Assembly (NCBI GenBank): GCA_965203485.1
Contig: OZ241892.1
Span: 1,696,001-1,760,000 of the forward strand
Source of the DNA: Longimicrobiales bacterium
GTDB taxonomy: Bacteria; Gemmatimonadota; Gemmatimonadetes; Longimicrobiales; Gaopeijiaceae
Direction of reading: 5' to 3'
Length of the DNA stretch: 64,000 nt
The translations under genes were made by a program, and so were the position numbers. Under the pieces are notes generated by a model. That model saw only the letters and a program-made list of their open reading frames with translations, searched no databases and had not been told where the DNA came from. Within the stretch, counting starts at the first letter, position 1, and every line of letters starts with the position of its first letter. Below are positions 19,387 through 29,485 of this stretch, piece by piece.

Positions 19387-20760
19387 TCACGCCTCGAGGA
19401 AGTCCACGCGGAAGCCCGGCTCCACCGCGGCACGGTCGATCAGCGCCGGCCAATAGGCCATCACCTCCTGCACCGCCGGCCGGCCGGCGGCGAACCCGGT
19501 GACCGACGGGGGGCCCCCCAGCACGAGCGGCGCGATCTCTCGCGAGAAGCGTTCCACCGCGGCACGTTCGCGGCTCCTGACCGCGACGCGCAACTGGACC
19601 TCCGGCAGATCCGGCGGCGGCTCTCCCGCCAGATCTCCGTGCGTGGAGTCCCAGCCCACGAGTTCGACGCGCATCGCGTCGAACAGCAAGTCGGCGCGGT
19701 CCAACCTGCGACGCAGGATCGCGGCGGCGGCCCGCGCCTTGGCCGCCGCGTCGGGCCAGGCGTAGACGAGCGTGCCCGCGGCCTTGAATCCGGCCGAGTA
19801 CGCGATCGAGACCTTGAGGGAGCGGGTGGGCGGGCGGCCCCGGACCCCATGGACGCGCACGCGGTTCGGGCCGTCGGCGGCGAGACCCACGGTGGTGAAG
19901 TCGGCCGTCACGTCGGGCGTCACGTACGTGCGCGGATCGCCCATCTCGTACAGCAACTGCTCCTTGACCGTCCGCGCCGTCACGGCCCCGCCCGAGCCCT
20001 CGTGCTTGCAGACCACGAACTCCCCGCAGGGGCGGGCCTCGATGATCGGGAAGCCGACGCCGGCCAAGTCAGGCACCGTCCACCACTCGGCCAGGCAGTT
20101 GCCGCCGGTCGCCTGCGCGCCGCATTCGTTCACGTGGCCCGCGACCACCCCCGCGGCCAGGAAGTCGTATGCGTTCCAGGCCCACCCGAACTCGTGCACC
20201 ATGGGCGCGTAGGTGAGCGCCGTGTCCGTCGAGCGTCCGGTGACGACTACGTCCGCCCCGCCCCGCAAAGCCTCCACGATCGGGCGGGCGCCCATGTACG
20301 CGTTGGCGCTGCGCACGCTGTCGCGGACCGTCGCCAGAGGCGCTCCCGTGTCCATGTTCTCCAGGGCGTGCCCGGCCTCCAGGAGAGCGTCCAGGCGCTC
20401 CATCACGTCGTCGCCCGTGACGACGCCGACGCGCATCCCCGCCGCGCCCGCCCGTCTCGCGGCGCCGGCCAGGGCTTGCGCGCACTGGGGAGCGTTCACG
20501 CCTCCCGCGTTCGTCACCACCCTGACGCCGCGCTCCAGGCACGTCCGTGCAATCCGCTCCATCAGCGGGACGAAGTCGCGAGCGTACCCTGCCAGCGGGT
20601 CGCGAGACCGCTGCTTCCGCATTATCGACATCGTGACTTCGGCCAAGTAGTCGAGCATCAGGTAGTCGATGGGCCCATCCTCCACTTGGCGCACCGGCGC
20701 TTCGGGGTCGTCGCCCCAGAACCCCTGCCCGCCGGCGATGCGGACGCTGTCTCGCGTCAT
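19387..20760 (-). CDS. Acyclic terpene utilization AtuA family protein (DUF1446)
   Basis: RIAGGQGFWGD, DYLAEVTM, TNAGGVN, ECGAQATGGN, EQLLYE. Confidence 0.9.
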   Translation of the reverse strand: MTRDSVRIAGGQGFWGDDPEAPVRQVEDGPIDYLMLDYLAEVTMSIMRKQRSRDPLAGYARDFVPLMERIARTCLERGVRVVTNAGGVNAPQCAQALAGAARRAGAAGMRVGVVTGDDVMERLDALLEAGHALENMDTGAPLATVRDSVRSANAYMGARPIVEALRGGADVVVTGRSTDTALTYAPMVHEFGWAWNAYDFLAAGVVAGHVNECGAQATGGNCLAEWWTVPDLAGVGFPIIEARPCGEFVVCKHEGSGGAVTARTVKEQLLYEMGDPRTYVTPDVTADFTTVGLAADGPNRVRVHGVRGRPPTRSLKVSIAYSAGFKAAGTLVYAWPDAAAKARAAAAILRRRLDRADLLFDAMRVELVGWDSTHGDLAGEPPPDLPEVQLRVAVRSRERAAVERFSREIAPLVLGGPPSVTGFAAGRPAVQEVMAYWPALIDRAAVEPGFRVDFLEA

Positions 20761-22520
20761 CCGGCCCTGCCCGCCTGCCCGCCGTCCGCCCAGGCGTCCG
20801 CTGGGGCGGGGCGAACGTCCGCCGGAGGCGCCGACTCGGCTCCGCCCGCAGGTGCGCCCTCGGCGCCGCCGATGCTCCAGCTGGCCGCATGCGAGCGTTC
20901 CGGGAGCACGAACGGCCCCAAGTGCGGGCCGGGATTGCGCGCCGACGCCCGGAGGAGCAGGGCCAGCACGTCCCTCAGTTCCTCCGGCAACACTACCGCG
21001 TCCACGAAGCCCCGCGCCGCGGCGAAGGTCGCGTCGAGCTGGCTGTCGTAGTCCGCCCGCACCCCGGCGATGCGCGCGGCGAGTTCGGCGCTCGGCTCGC
21101 GGCCCTCCCCTTCGAGGCGCTCCAGCTCGGCGCCGAAGAGCGCCGTCACTGCGCTCTCGCCCTCCATGACGCCCATGCGGCCCGTAGGCAACGTGACGAT
21201 GAAGTCGGGATCGAACCCCTGCCCCGCCATGGCGTAGTAGCCCGCCCCCGATGCGTGGTTCAGCGTCACGACCAGCTTGGGCACGGTGGCCGTGGCCATC
21301 GCTTCCACGAAGCGGGCGCCCGCTCGGATGATGCCGCTGTGCTCGGCGTCGGGTCCGACCATGAAGCCGGAGACGTCCTGCACGAAGACGATCGGCGTGC
21401 CGCGGCGGTTCATGGCGTCCACGAAATAGGCGCCCTTTTCCGCCGATTCCGCATAGACGATTCCGCCGAGGCGCGGCGGCCCGTCGCCCGCACCCTTGAC
21501 GACGCCGCGCCGGTTGGCCACGACGGCCACGGCGGTCCCGCCGATCGCCCCGGTGCCGCAGAGCAACTCGCCGGCGTGGTCCGGCTGGAACTCCGTGAGC
21601 CCGCGTCCGTCCAGCATCACGTCCAGGACCGCGCGTACGTCGTAGGACTCGCGGTGGTCGTCGGGAAGCAGGTCGTAGAGGTCTTCGGGCCGTCGCGACG
21701 GCGGTTCGGCGGGCGCGGCGGGCGCGGCGGGCGCGGGCGGCAGTTCGGCGAGCAAGTCCCTGATCCGGCCCAGGCACTCGGCGTCGTCCTTGGCCTTGTA
21801 GTGGGCGACACCGCTCTTTCGCGTGTGAACGTCCGCGCCGCCCAGCGCTTCGCTGTCCACGGTCTGTCCGGTCGCGCCCTTCACCAGATTCGGTCCGCCC
21901 AGCCCCATGAAGCTCGTGCCCTCGACCATCAAGATGACGTCCGAAAGGGCAGGCAGGTACGCGCCGCCCGCTATGCACGGCCCCATGACGGCGGCGATCT
22001 GCGGAATCCGCAGGCAACGGCGCATCACCGAATTGTAGAAGAAGATGCGCGCCGCCCCGTACTGCCCCGGGAACACCCCGCTCTGGTAGGGCAGGTTGAC
22101 GCCCGCCGAGTCCACCAAGTAGACGATGGGGATCCGGCAACGCATCGCGATCTCCTGCGCGCGCAGGATCTTCGTGATCGTCTCGGGCCACCACGAACCC
22201 GCCTTCACGGTCGCGTCGTTCGCCACGACCACCGTCTCCCGCCCGTGCACGGCGCCGACTCCGGTGACCACGCCCGCGCCCGGCGCCAGGCCGTCGTACG
22301 CGTCGTGGGCCACCAGCATCCCCACCTCGAACCACGGCGCGTCCCGGTCGAAGAGCAGACGCACCCGGTCGCGGGCCAGCAGCTTGCCCCGTTCGCGCTG
22401 GCGCCGAATCTGGTGCGCGCCCCCGCCCTTGCCGATCCGCCGGCGCAGGTCCAGGAGTTCCCGGCTGAGGGCCGCGAGACGCCCGCGCCGCTCCGCCGTC
22501 TTCCCGCCGGTCGAACCCAC
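20757..22520 (-). CDS. Acyl-CoA carboxylase carboxyltransferase (beta) subunit, MCC-like
   Basis: ANDATVKAGSW, VDSAGVNL, CIAGGAYLP, QDVSGFMVG, GAGYYAMAG. Confidence 0.9.
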   Translation of the reverse strand: MGSTGGKTAERRGRLAALSRELLDLRRRIGKGGGAHQIRRQRERGKLLARDRVRLLFDRDAPWFEVGMLVAHDAYDGLAPGAGVVTGVGAVHGRETVVVANDATVKAGSWWPETITKILRAQEIAMRCRIPIVYLVDSAGVNLPYQSGVFPGQYGAARIFFYNSVMRRCLRIPQIAAVMGPCIAGGAYLPALSDVILMVEGTSFMGLGGPNLVKGATGQTVDSEALGGADVHTRKSGVAHYKAKDDAECLGRIRDLLAELPPAPAAPAAPAEPPSRRPEDLYDLLPDDHRESYDVRAVLDVMLDGRGLTEFQPDHAGELLCGTGAIGGTAVAVVANRRGVVKGAGDGPPRLGGIVYAESAEKGAYFVDAMNRRGTPIVFVQDVSGFMVGPDAEHSGIIRAGARFVEAMATATVPKLVVTLNHASGAGYYAMAGQGFDPDFIVTLPTGRMGVMEGESAVTALFGAELERLEGEGREPSAELAARIAGVRADYDSQLDATFAAARGFVDAVVLPEELRDVLALLLRASARNPGPHLGPFVLPERSHAASWSIGGAEGAPAGGAESAPPADVRPAPADAWADGGQAGRAG

Positions 22521-22940
22521 CTAGTAGGGGTCCTCCCGCCCGGCGAACCAAGTTCTCACGTAGTCGATGGCCTCCGCGGTCGTGCTGCCGGGCCCGAACA
22601 GCCGCCCCACGCCCTCCGCCGCGAGCGCCTCGGCGTCGTCCCGGGGGATGATGCCGCCGCCGGTGAGCAGGACGTGTTCCAGTCCCTCGTCCACCAGAAG
22701 TTCGCGGACGCGGCGAAACAACGTCATGTGCGCACCCGAAAGGACCGACAGCGCCACCACGTCCACGTCCTCCTGAACCGCCGCGGCCACGATCATCTCG
22801 GGCGTTTGGTGCAGACCGGTGTAGACGACCTCGAAGCCGGCGTCCCGGAAGGCGGCGGCCACCACCTTCGCGCCGCGGTCGTGGCCGTCGAGCCCCGGCT
22901 TCGCCACGAGCACCCTTGTCCTCCGGTCGGTTCCGGGCAT
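22521..22940 (-). CDS. Cobalamin-binding small subunit of an acyl-CoA (methylmalonyl-CoA-type) mutase
   Basis: [15 protein letters not shown] (DxHxxG), SVLSGAH, GGIIP, FGPG. Confidence 0.92.
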   Translation of the reverse strand: MPGTDRRTRVLVAKPGLDGHDRGAKVVAAAFRDAGFEVVYTGLHQTPEMIVAAAVQEDVDVVALSVLSGAHMTLFRRVRELLVDEGLEHVLLTGGGIIPRDDAEALAAEGVGRLFGPGSTTAEAIDYVRTWFAGREDPY

Positions 22941-23429
22941 CCGTCGATCCTCGGCGGAGACGTGAGAACCTCGCCCGGCGCAATCGAGCGCCGCGCCAAG
23001 TCAACCGTGTAAGCTACAACGACGACCGGCCGGCTTGCCCAACGGCGCCGCGCCGCGCGCCGGCCGCCAAGGCCCCGGCGGAACCTGCGCACCCTGCCTC
23101 CCCACCCCGCAACCCTCGCACAGGCCCCGCCGGAGCGCCGGAGCGCTCCATCCATCTACGGCGAAGGCGCAGCGAAGGTTGCGGGAGGGCCGACAACCTC
23201 CCAGCATCTGTCCGGCCCCGGGACGCTTGCCGGTCCGGGCGCCGTCGCCGGGGGGCGGCCGGCGCCCCGTCCCCCTGTACGACGCGACGCGACGGCTCCA
23301 TCTTCGTGGAGGCTTGCGACGCGGCTCCCGCCGGTTCGGACGACGCGCCGGCAGGCGCCGGGAACCCGGGCGCGGAAAGAGCGCGCCCCGAGCCCGGAGA
23401 AGACGACGACCACGACGAGGAGGTACGGA

Positions 23430-23861
23430 ATGAAGCGCATCGGGCTGTGCGCGCTGCGCGTGACCACGGGATGGCTCCTGGTCATGTGGGGCGTGGACAA
23501 GATCGTCGACGTCGAGCACGGGCTCGCCGTCACGGAGGCGTTCTACGGCGGCTTGCTGGGCGGCAACGCCCAGGTCCACCACGTGCTGGGCGGCTTGCAG
23601 GCGCTGCTGGGCTTGCTCGTGATCCTCGGGTTGTGGCGGCGGCTAACCTATCCGGTCATGTTTCTGGCGCTGGCGGGGACGACGCTGGGCGTCTGGAGGT
23701 CCATCGTGGACCCGTGGGGATGGTTCCTGGAAGGAGCGAACGTGCTCTTCTACCCGTCCGTCGTCATCTTGGCGGGGGCGGCGACGCTCTGGGGCACGAT
23801 CGACGAGGACCAGTTGGCGCTCGACCGGCCTTCGTCGCGAGCGAAGGCGCCGCCGGCCTGA
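23430..23861 (+). CDS. DoxX family membrane protein
   Basis: LRVTTGWLLVMWGVDK, four TM segments, GAGGAGG RBS. Confidence 0.75.
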   Translation: MKRIGLCALRVTTGWLLVMWGVDKIVDVEHGLAVTEAFYGGLLGGNAQVHHVLGGLQALLGLLVILGLWRRLTYPVMFLALAGTTLGVWRSIVDPWGWFLEGANVLFYPSVVILAGAATLWGTIDEDQLALDRPSSRAKAPPA

Positions 23862-23900
23862 GCTGGAGGAGGTGCGCGCGTCCGCGCCCGAGAACTCGCC

Positions 23901-24833
23901 TTGGACCTAGACGGCTACGTTCGGCGGACGGGCCTCGAGCACGCGCGGAGGGACGTCGCGCTGGCGCCCTTGACCACCTTCAAGATCGGCGGCCCAGCCG
24001 ATTTGCTGGTCGAAGCGCGCACGAGCGACGAGTTCTGCCGCGCCGTTCTGGGAGCGCGCGAGATGGGCATCCCGGTGTTCGTCCTGGGACGGGGCGCCAA
24101 CATCCTGGTGGGCGACCGAGGGTTCCGGGGCGTCGTGGTTCGCAGCGCGATGAAGGAGCTCGACTTCCTGCCCGGCGGGCGCGTGCGGGCGGGGGCGGGC
24201 CTGGACACCTTCCCGGACCTCATCCTGGCCACGGTCGCGCGGGGGCTGGGCGGCATTCACCACTTCGTGGGCATCCCCAGCACCGTCGGCGGCGCGGTCT
24301 GGCAGAATCTGCACTTCCTGGCGCCGGCGCCGGGGCGCGAGCGCACGGTCTTCTGGGAAGAGGTCATGCTGGGCGCCACGATCCTCGATCCGGCGGGACG
24401 AACGCGGGAAGTGGACACCGGCTACTTTCGCTTCGGGTACGACTACAGCATCGTCCACGACTCCGGCGACTTGGTGCTGGACGTGTCGCTCCAGCTTGCG
24501 CCGGCGCCCATGCCGGAGCTGCGCCGCGTCATGCGCGAGAACCTGGCGTGGCGAGACGAAAGGCATCCCGATCTCTGGCTCTATCCGTGCGCAGGGTCCA
24601 TCTTCAAGAAGATCGAGGGAGTCGGCGCCGGGCGCCTCGTGGACGAATGCGGACTGAAGGGGCGAGTTCACGGCGGCGCCCAGATCTTCCACAAGCACGC
24701 CAACATCGTCGTCAATCTGGGTGGCGCGACGGCCGCCGACGTGCGCGCGCTGATCGACTTGGCGCAATCCACCGTCGAGCGGGAGACGGGCCGCCGACTG
24801 GAGCCCGAGATCGTCTTCATAGGGGAGTTCTGA
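23901..24833 (+). CDS. murB: UDP-N-acetylenolpyruvoylglucosamine reductase
   Basis: TTFKIGGPAD, LGRGANIL, GIPSTVGGA, CAGSIFK, KHANIVVN, LEPE. Confidence 0.88.
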   Translation: MDLDGYVRRTGLEHARRDVALAPLTTFKIGGPADLLVEARTSDEFCRAVLGAREMGIPVFVLGRGANILVGDRGFRGVVVRSAMKELDFLPGGRVRAGAGLDTFPDLILATVARGLGGIHHFVGIPSTVGGAVWQNLHFLAPAPGRERTVFWEEVMLGATILDPAGRTREVDTGYFRFGYDYSIVHDSGDLVLDVSLQLAPAPMPELRRVMRENLAWRDERHPDLWLYPCAGSIFKKIEGVGAGRLVDECGLKGRVHGGAQIFHKHANIVVNLGGATAADVRALIDLAQSTVERETGRRLEPEIVFIGEF

Positions 24834-24911
24834 GCCCAGCGGCGCCTGGCCGCCCGAGCAACGGGAGAAGCCCGGGACGCAGTTCGACGTCGGGCCGAGA
24901 GTTCGACCGGG

Positions 24912-25652
24912 TCACCCGGCTCGGCCGGGAGCAAAGCGGCGAGCCAAGTCGCGCACCACGCTCGCGTCCACCTCGTGGACTCCCGAAAACGTCCGCCACG
25001 CCTGCGCCACGCCCGCGGAGGCGAGCCGCGCCTCCTGGTCGCGCCGCAAGGGGGCGTCGAACACCGGGTCGCGGTCCCCGAACACCGTCGTGACCCGCAC
25101 GCCCGCCAAGCGCGCCGCGATTTCCGGGTCCGGCGGCAGGTAGGATCCCCAAAGCACCAGTTCGTCCACCGCGGCCGAGCCCAGCGCCGCCCAGCGCGCC
25201 GCCGCGTGACCGCCCTGCGAGAAGCCCAGCGCCACCAAGCGAGGGCGCGACCCCGCCGCCGTCGAGGCGTCTCGCTCGTATTCCAGCGTTCGGCGGGCGA
25301 GCGCGTCCAGGTAGCGGACGTAGTCGCGTATCTCCGCCTCGCGGTCCACCCGCGTCATCCAGCTCGCGCCGACGCGGGAGGCGGGGCCGTGCGCCCCTGG
25401 GGCCGGATCGACGTAGAAGCGGCTGAGCGCCTCCGGGGCCACCACCACCGCACCCTCGTCCCGGGCCGCCTCGAAGCGCCGCGCGAACCGCCCCGCCGAC
25501 TGCCGGTATCCGTGGCAAACCATCCAGACCTGCCCAACGCCGGCGCCCGGCCGACCAAGCTGGAAGAATCTGGCCGTGCGGGCGACTTCGATGCGTCCCA
25601 TGGACGGCGGAGGCCCGCCGCGCGGGGGCGCCGGCGCGTCGGAGCCGTTCAC
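24912..25652 (-). CDS. Alpha/beta hydrolase (phospholipase/carboxylesterase)
   Basis: HGY, GFSQG nucleophile elbow, GDRD, FSGVH; GTGA overlap with the MATE stop. Confidence 0.82.
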   Translation of the reverse strand: MNGSDAPAPPRGGPPPSMGRIEVARTARFFQLGRPGAGVGQVWMVCHGYRQSAGRFARRFEAARDEGAVVVAPEALSRFYVDPAPGAHGPASRVGASWMTRVDREAEIRDYVRYLDALARRTLEYERDASTAAGSRPRLVALGFSQGGHAAARWAALGSAAVDELVLWGSYLPPDPEIAARLAGVRVTTVFGDRDPVFDAPLRRDQEARLASAGVAQAWRTFSGVHEVDASVVRDLARRFAPGRAG

Positions 25653-27115
25653 GCTCCCGGGCGAGACAACGAGAAGCGCCGCATCGGACGGCGGAACCGC
25701 TTCCACATCCTGACCAGCAGGAGGACGGCCGCGGCCCCTAGGCCCACGGCCAAGCCCCACCACAGTCCCACCGGCCCCATCCCAGCCCGAAACCCGCACC
25801 ACAGGCTCACGGGCAAGCCGAGCAGCCAGAACCCGAAGAAGTTGTAAAGGAGGGGCCGCATCGTGTCCGCCACGCCCCGCAGGAGCCCCGCGCACACCAC
25901 CTGCAACCCGTCGAACATCTGGAAGCACGCCGCCACCGGCAACAGGCTCGCGGCCACGGCCACGGCGCCCGCGTCGTCGCTGAACAGAGCCGCGATTGGA
26001 CCGGGCAGACCCGCGAACGCGGCCGCGGTCGCGGTCATCGCGGCGCAGCACGCCAGCAACGCCGCGCCCGCGAAGCGGCGGGCCCGGGGCGGCGCACCCT
26101 CGCCCACCGACTTGCCCACCAAGGCCGTGCCCGCCTGCGCGATCCCAACCGGCACCATGAAGGCGAAGGCGGCCAAGTTGACCGCGACCTGATGGCCCGC
26201 CAGCGCCTCCGCGCCCAGCCACCCCATCGCGATGCCGATCGCGCCGAAGGCCCCGAACTCAAGCGTCATGTGGCCGCCGATCGGCGCTCCCAGCCGCACC
26301 ATTCCGGCCAGGGGACGCCACGCCAGCGCATCGCGCCGGAACCGTCGCGCGTAGGGCGCCAGCACGCGCCATCCCACCGCCGCCACGCTCAGGCACATGA
26401 ACCACCGCGACGCGCTGGTCGCCCAGCCGGAGCCCACCGCGCCCATCGCCGGCGCGCCCAAGTTGCCGAAGACCAGCGCCCAGTTGGCCAGGGCGTTCAG
26501 TCCGTTGGCCAGGACCACCGTCCACACGATCGGCGCCACGCGGCCCAGCGCCTGCATGCTCTGCCGGAACACCAGGAAGCCGTAGAACGGCAGCATCCCG
26601 GCCATCAGCGACCCGGCGTAGGCCGCAGCGACCGGCACGACTTCCGCCGGTTGCCCCAGCAACGCCAACGCGGGCTCCGCGAGCGCCAGCAATGCCGACG
26701 TCGCCGCAGCGAGCCCCGCGCTCAGCACGAGCCCCCGCTGCACCGCCAGCTCGATGCCGTCGTCGTCCCCCGCCCCGAAGGCCTGCGACACCAGCGGATC
26801 GAGCGCGAGCAGCAACCCCATCCCGAAGACCGAGACGCCGAAGAAATACAGGTTCCCCAACGCCACGGCCGCCAGCTCGCCCGCCGACACGCGTCCCACC
26901 ATGGCCGTGTCGACCAGGCCCTGCGACACGATCCCCAGCTGGACCACCACCACCGGCGCCGCCAAGCCCAGCAATCGCGACACCTCGGCGCGCCGAGGAA
27001 CAAACGCGGCCAAGCCCTCCGGCGACTCGCTCCCCCCTCCCGTTGCGACGGGCCCGCCACGGTCAGGCGAAACAGCGGTCTCGCTCCGCGACGAAAGGCG
27101 CTCCGACCTCCTCAA
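25649..27115 (-). CDS. MATE family efflux transporter (start uncertain)
   Basis: GLVDTAMVGR, LGAPIG, FQMFDGLQV..GLLRG, about 12 TM segments. Confidence 0.9.
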   Translation of the reverse strand: MRRSERLSSRSETAVSPDRGGPVATGGGSESPEGLAAFVPRRAEVSRLLGLAAPVVVVQLGIVSQGLVDTAMVGRVSAGELAAVALGNLYFFGVSVFGMGLLLALDPLVSQAFGAGDDDGIELAVQRGLVLSAGLAAATSALLALAEPALALLGQPAEVVPVAAAYAGSLMAGMLPFYGFLVFRQSMQALGRVAPIVWTVVLANGLNALANWALVFGNLGAPAMGAVGSGWATSASRWFMCLSVAAVGWRVLAPYARRFRRDALAWRPLAGMVRLGAPIGGHMTLEFGAFGAIGIAMGWLGAEALAGHQVAVNLAAFAFMVPVGIAQAGTALVGKSVGEGAPPRARRFAGAALLACCAAMTATAAAFAGLPGPIAALFSDDAGAVAVAASLLPVAACFQMFDGLQVVCAGLLRGVADTMRPLLYNFFGFWLLGLPVSLWCGFRAGMGPVGLWWGLAVGLGAAAVLLLVRMWKRFRRPMRRFSLSRPGA

Positions 27116-27181
27116 GAAACGGCCGGCGCCGCCACCCAGCGCGAGGGGCGCGCCCCAGGCGAGGCCGCGCGGCGCGCCCGG

Positions 27182-29485
27182 CTAATCGTCGCGCCCCTCC
27201 ACCTGCCCCGCCTCCATGCCGCGCCTCGGCAACGTGATCAGGAACTCCGTGAACTCGTCCTCTTCCGTCTCGACGCGCAGCTCTCCGCCGTGCTCCTTGA
27301 CGATCTCGTGCGAAATCGAGAGGCCCAGGCCCGTCCCCTCGGTGCCCGTCTTGGTCGTGAAGAACGGATCGAAGATCTTCTCCACCAAGCTGTCGGGGAT
27401 GCCCGTGCCGTTGTCGCGGACCGAGATCAGCACGGAGTCGCCCAAGTCCTGCGTCTTGAGCCGCACCGCCGGCGAGTAGCCGGCCTCGTCCTTCTCCTTG
27501 CGCCGTGTGTCGGTGGCCTGGCAGCCGTTGGTGATGATGTTGAGGAACACGCGGCTCAGGTCCCGCGCGATCGCCACGACTTCGCCCGCCTCCTCGTCGA
27601 AGTCCTTCTCGATGGTCAGGTTGAACGTGGAGTCCGCCGCGCGCAGCCCGTGGTACGCCAGCTTGCCATACTCGTCGAGCATCAGGTTCACGTCCACGCT
27701 CTCGGCGACCCCCGCCTCGTCGCGCGAGTGCGCCAGCATTCCCTCGACGATCCGGTTGGCGCGCACGCCGTGCTCGCGCACCTTCTGCACGTTGGTCGAG
27801 AGGTCGCCCAAGATCTCGTCCAGGTACTCCTTGTCCAATCCGCCGTCCGAGGCGCCGTTTCCGCCGGATGGTCCGCCGGCTTCGCCCGGACCGGCTCCGT
27901 TGCCGTTTCCGCGCGCGGCATCGCCCTCCGCGCCGTCCCCGGCCTCGATTCCTAGTTCCTCGCGGAGCTCGTCGATCAGCTCCACGGACAGCGCCGCGAA
28001 GTTGTTGACGAAGTTCAGCGGATTCCTGATCTCGTGCGCTATTCCGGCGGTGAGCGTCCCCAGCGACGCCAGCTTCTCCTGGCTGATCACCTGCTGCTGG
28101 GTGCGCTTGAGGTCGTCCAGGGTCGTCTCGAGCTCGGCGTTCTTGGCCTGCACCTCGGCGTGGAGCTTCTCGACCAGGTTGAGGCGCTGCACTTCCACGG
28201 CGTGAGTGCGAAAGACCTCCAGCGCGCCCGCCATGTCCGTCACTTCGTCGTTGCCGGCGATCTTGACTTCCACCTCCAGGTCGCCCTGCGACATCTCGCG
28301 CATCGCGTCGGAGAGGTGGCGGACGCGCGCCAGAAGTCGTTCGCCGAAGAACTTCCAGCCGATCGCGAACGCCGCCAGCAACGCCAGTACGCTGACCCCC
28401 AGGACCAGCCACGTCCCCAGCGCGGTCAGCGCGCTGGAGTCGTCCGCCGCCGTCCGCGCCTGCACTGAGGCGTCGTCGACCAGCTGGCCCACCAGCGTGC
28501 CGAGATCGGCGGTCGTCTCCCGGTTTCGCGCCACGTACTGCTCGGAGCGCTCCAGCTCGTCCAGTTCGCGCGTCTTCGTGTCCTGCACGTCGCCGTACAG
28601 CTGGCGCAGGCGGTCGACCGACGGGCGGAGGCTGTCCGCGACAGCCGGGCGCATCGCGCCCAGAGTCTGCTCGATCCTGGTGAACTCGGTGTTGACGCGT
28701 TCCCGGTTGGACGCCAGCAGATCCCGGTCGTCTTCGGCCATCGCCTGGAACGTGAGCGTCCGGACCACGCTTTGAGCCGCGCGGAAGCCCAGCAAGCCGC
28801 GGTGGTGGTCCAGCTCCGCTTGCGCAGTGCGCTGAAACGCCGGGGCCGGACGCGTGTCGGAGCGCCGCCGCAAGCCGGTGTCGATGAAGAATTCCTGGTC
28901 GTCCAGCTCCTCTTCCAGAAAGCGCTCCGCGTTCGGGCCCACCCGGGCCAGATCGGCCTCGAGCTCGTTGAGCCGGCTGCGGTACTCGATCCGGTTCTGC
29001 ACGAGCGCCAGGATCTGGTTGATGTTCTCGACCAGGCTGCCCGACAGCGGAACGAGGGCCAAGCCGGCTTGGCCGCGGGCCTCGGCGCGAGCGATCTCGG
29101 CGATCGCGTTCTGCAGGAGTTCCTCTTCGTGCTCGACGTCCGCCTGCACGGCGTCGAGCTGCTCTTGGGTGACGGCGGCCAGCAACCTGGGCGACGCGCC
29201 CACGAGCTGGGCGCTCGAGCGCTCGACCTCGAACGCGGCGACGAGAGCCGGGATGTGCCGTTCCGTGATCTCGCCCTGACGCGCGTTGAGGTAGGCCATG
29301 ATCGCGAGCGCCAGCAGGCAACCGCCCAGCGTGAGGAACACGCCCCCGCCAAGGCCCACCACGATCTGGCTGCCGAGCCCGAAGCGTCCGCCCGTGGCCT
29401 TCTCGACCCGCGCCCCGAGCCGCGCGGGCAACCTCGCCATGATCCACTCGAACGCGGAGTGGACGCGGGTCTCCAGCGTCCTCAC
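27182..29485 (-). CDS. Membrane sensor histidine kinase (helical periplasmic domain, HAMP, HisKA, HATPase)
   Basis: Two TMs flanking a helical domain, GNDEVTDMA HAMP, QEKLASLGTLTAGIAHEIRNPLNF, DNGTGI, FFTTK, GTGLGL; GTGA overlap with the PBP stop. Confidence 0.9.
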   Translation of the reverse strand: MRTLETRVHSAFEWIMARLPARLGARVEKATGGRFGLGSQIVVGLGGGVFLTLGGCLLALAIMAYLNARQGEITERHIPALVAAFEVERSSAQLVGASPRLLAAVTQEQLDAVQADVEHEEELLQNAIAEIARAEARGQAGLALVPLSGSLVENINQILALVQNRIEYRSRLNELEADLARVGPNAERFLEEELDDQEFFIDTGLRRRSDTRPAPAFQRTAQAELDHHRGLLGFRAAQSVVRTLTFQAMAEDDRDLLASNRERVNTEFTRIEQTLGAMRPAVADSLRPSVDRLRQLYGDVQDTKTRELDELERSEQYVARNRETTADLGTLVGQLVDDASVQARTAADDSSALTALGTWLVLGVSVLALLAAFAIGWKFFGERLLARVRHLSDAMREMSQGDLEVEVKIAGNDEVTDMAGALEVFRTHAVEVQRLNLVEKLHAEVQAKNAELETTLDDLKRTQQQVISQEKLASLGTLTAGIAHEIRNPLNFVNNFAALSVELIDELREELGIEAGDGAEGDAARGNGNGAGPGEAGGPSGGNGASDGGLDKEYLDEILGDLSTNVQKVREHGVRANRIVEGMLAHSRDEAGVAESVDVNLMLDEYGKLAYHGLRAADSTFNLTIEKDFDEEAGEVVAIARDLSRVFLNIITNGCQATDTRRKEKDEAGYSPAVRLKTQDLGDSVLISVRDNGTGIPDSLVEKIFDPFFTTKTGTEGTGLGLSISHEIVKEHGGELRVETEEDEFTEFLITLPRRGMEAGQVEGRDD

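Noticed and set aside
21708..21740. Short tandem GC 9-mer repeat
   Set aside because: Encodes a PAPAAPAAPA linker in the carboxyltransferase
27116..27181. Possible att duplicate of the tRNA-Pro 3' end at the far side of the nitrogen block
   Set aside because: Only short GC-rich similarity (GGCGCGCCCGG); no GATTCGAACC core
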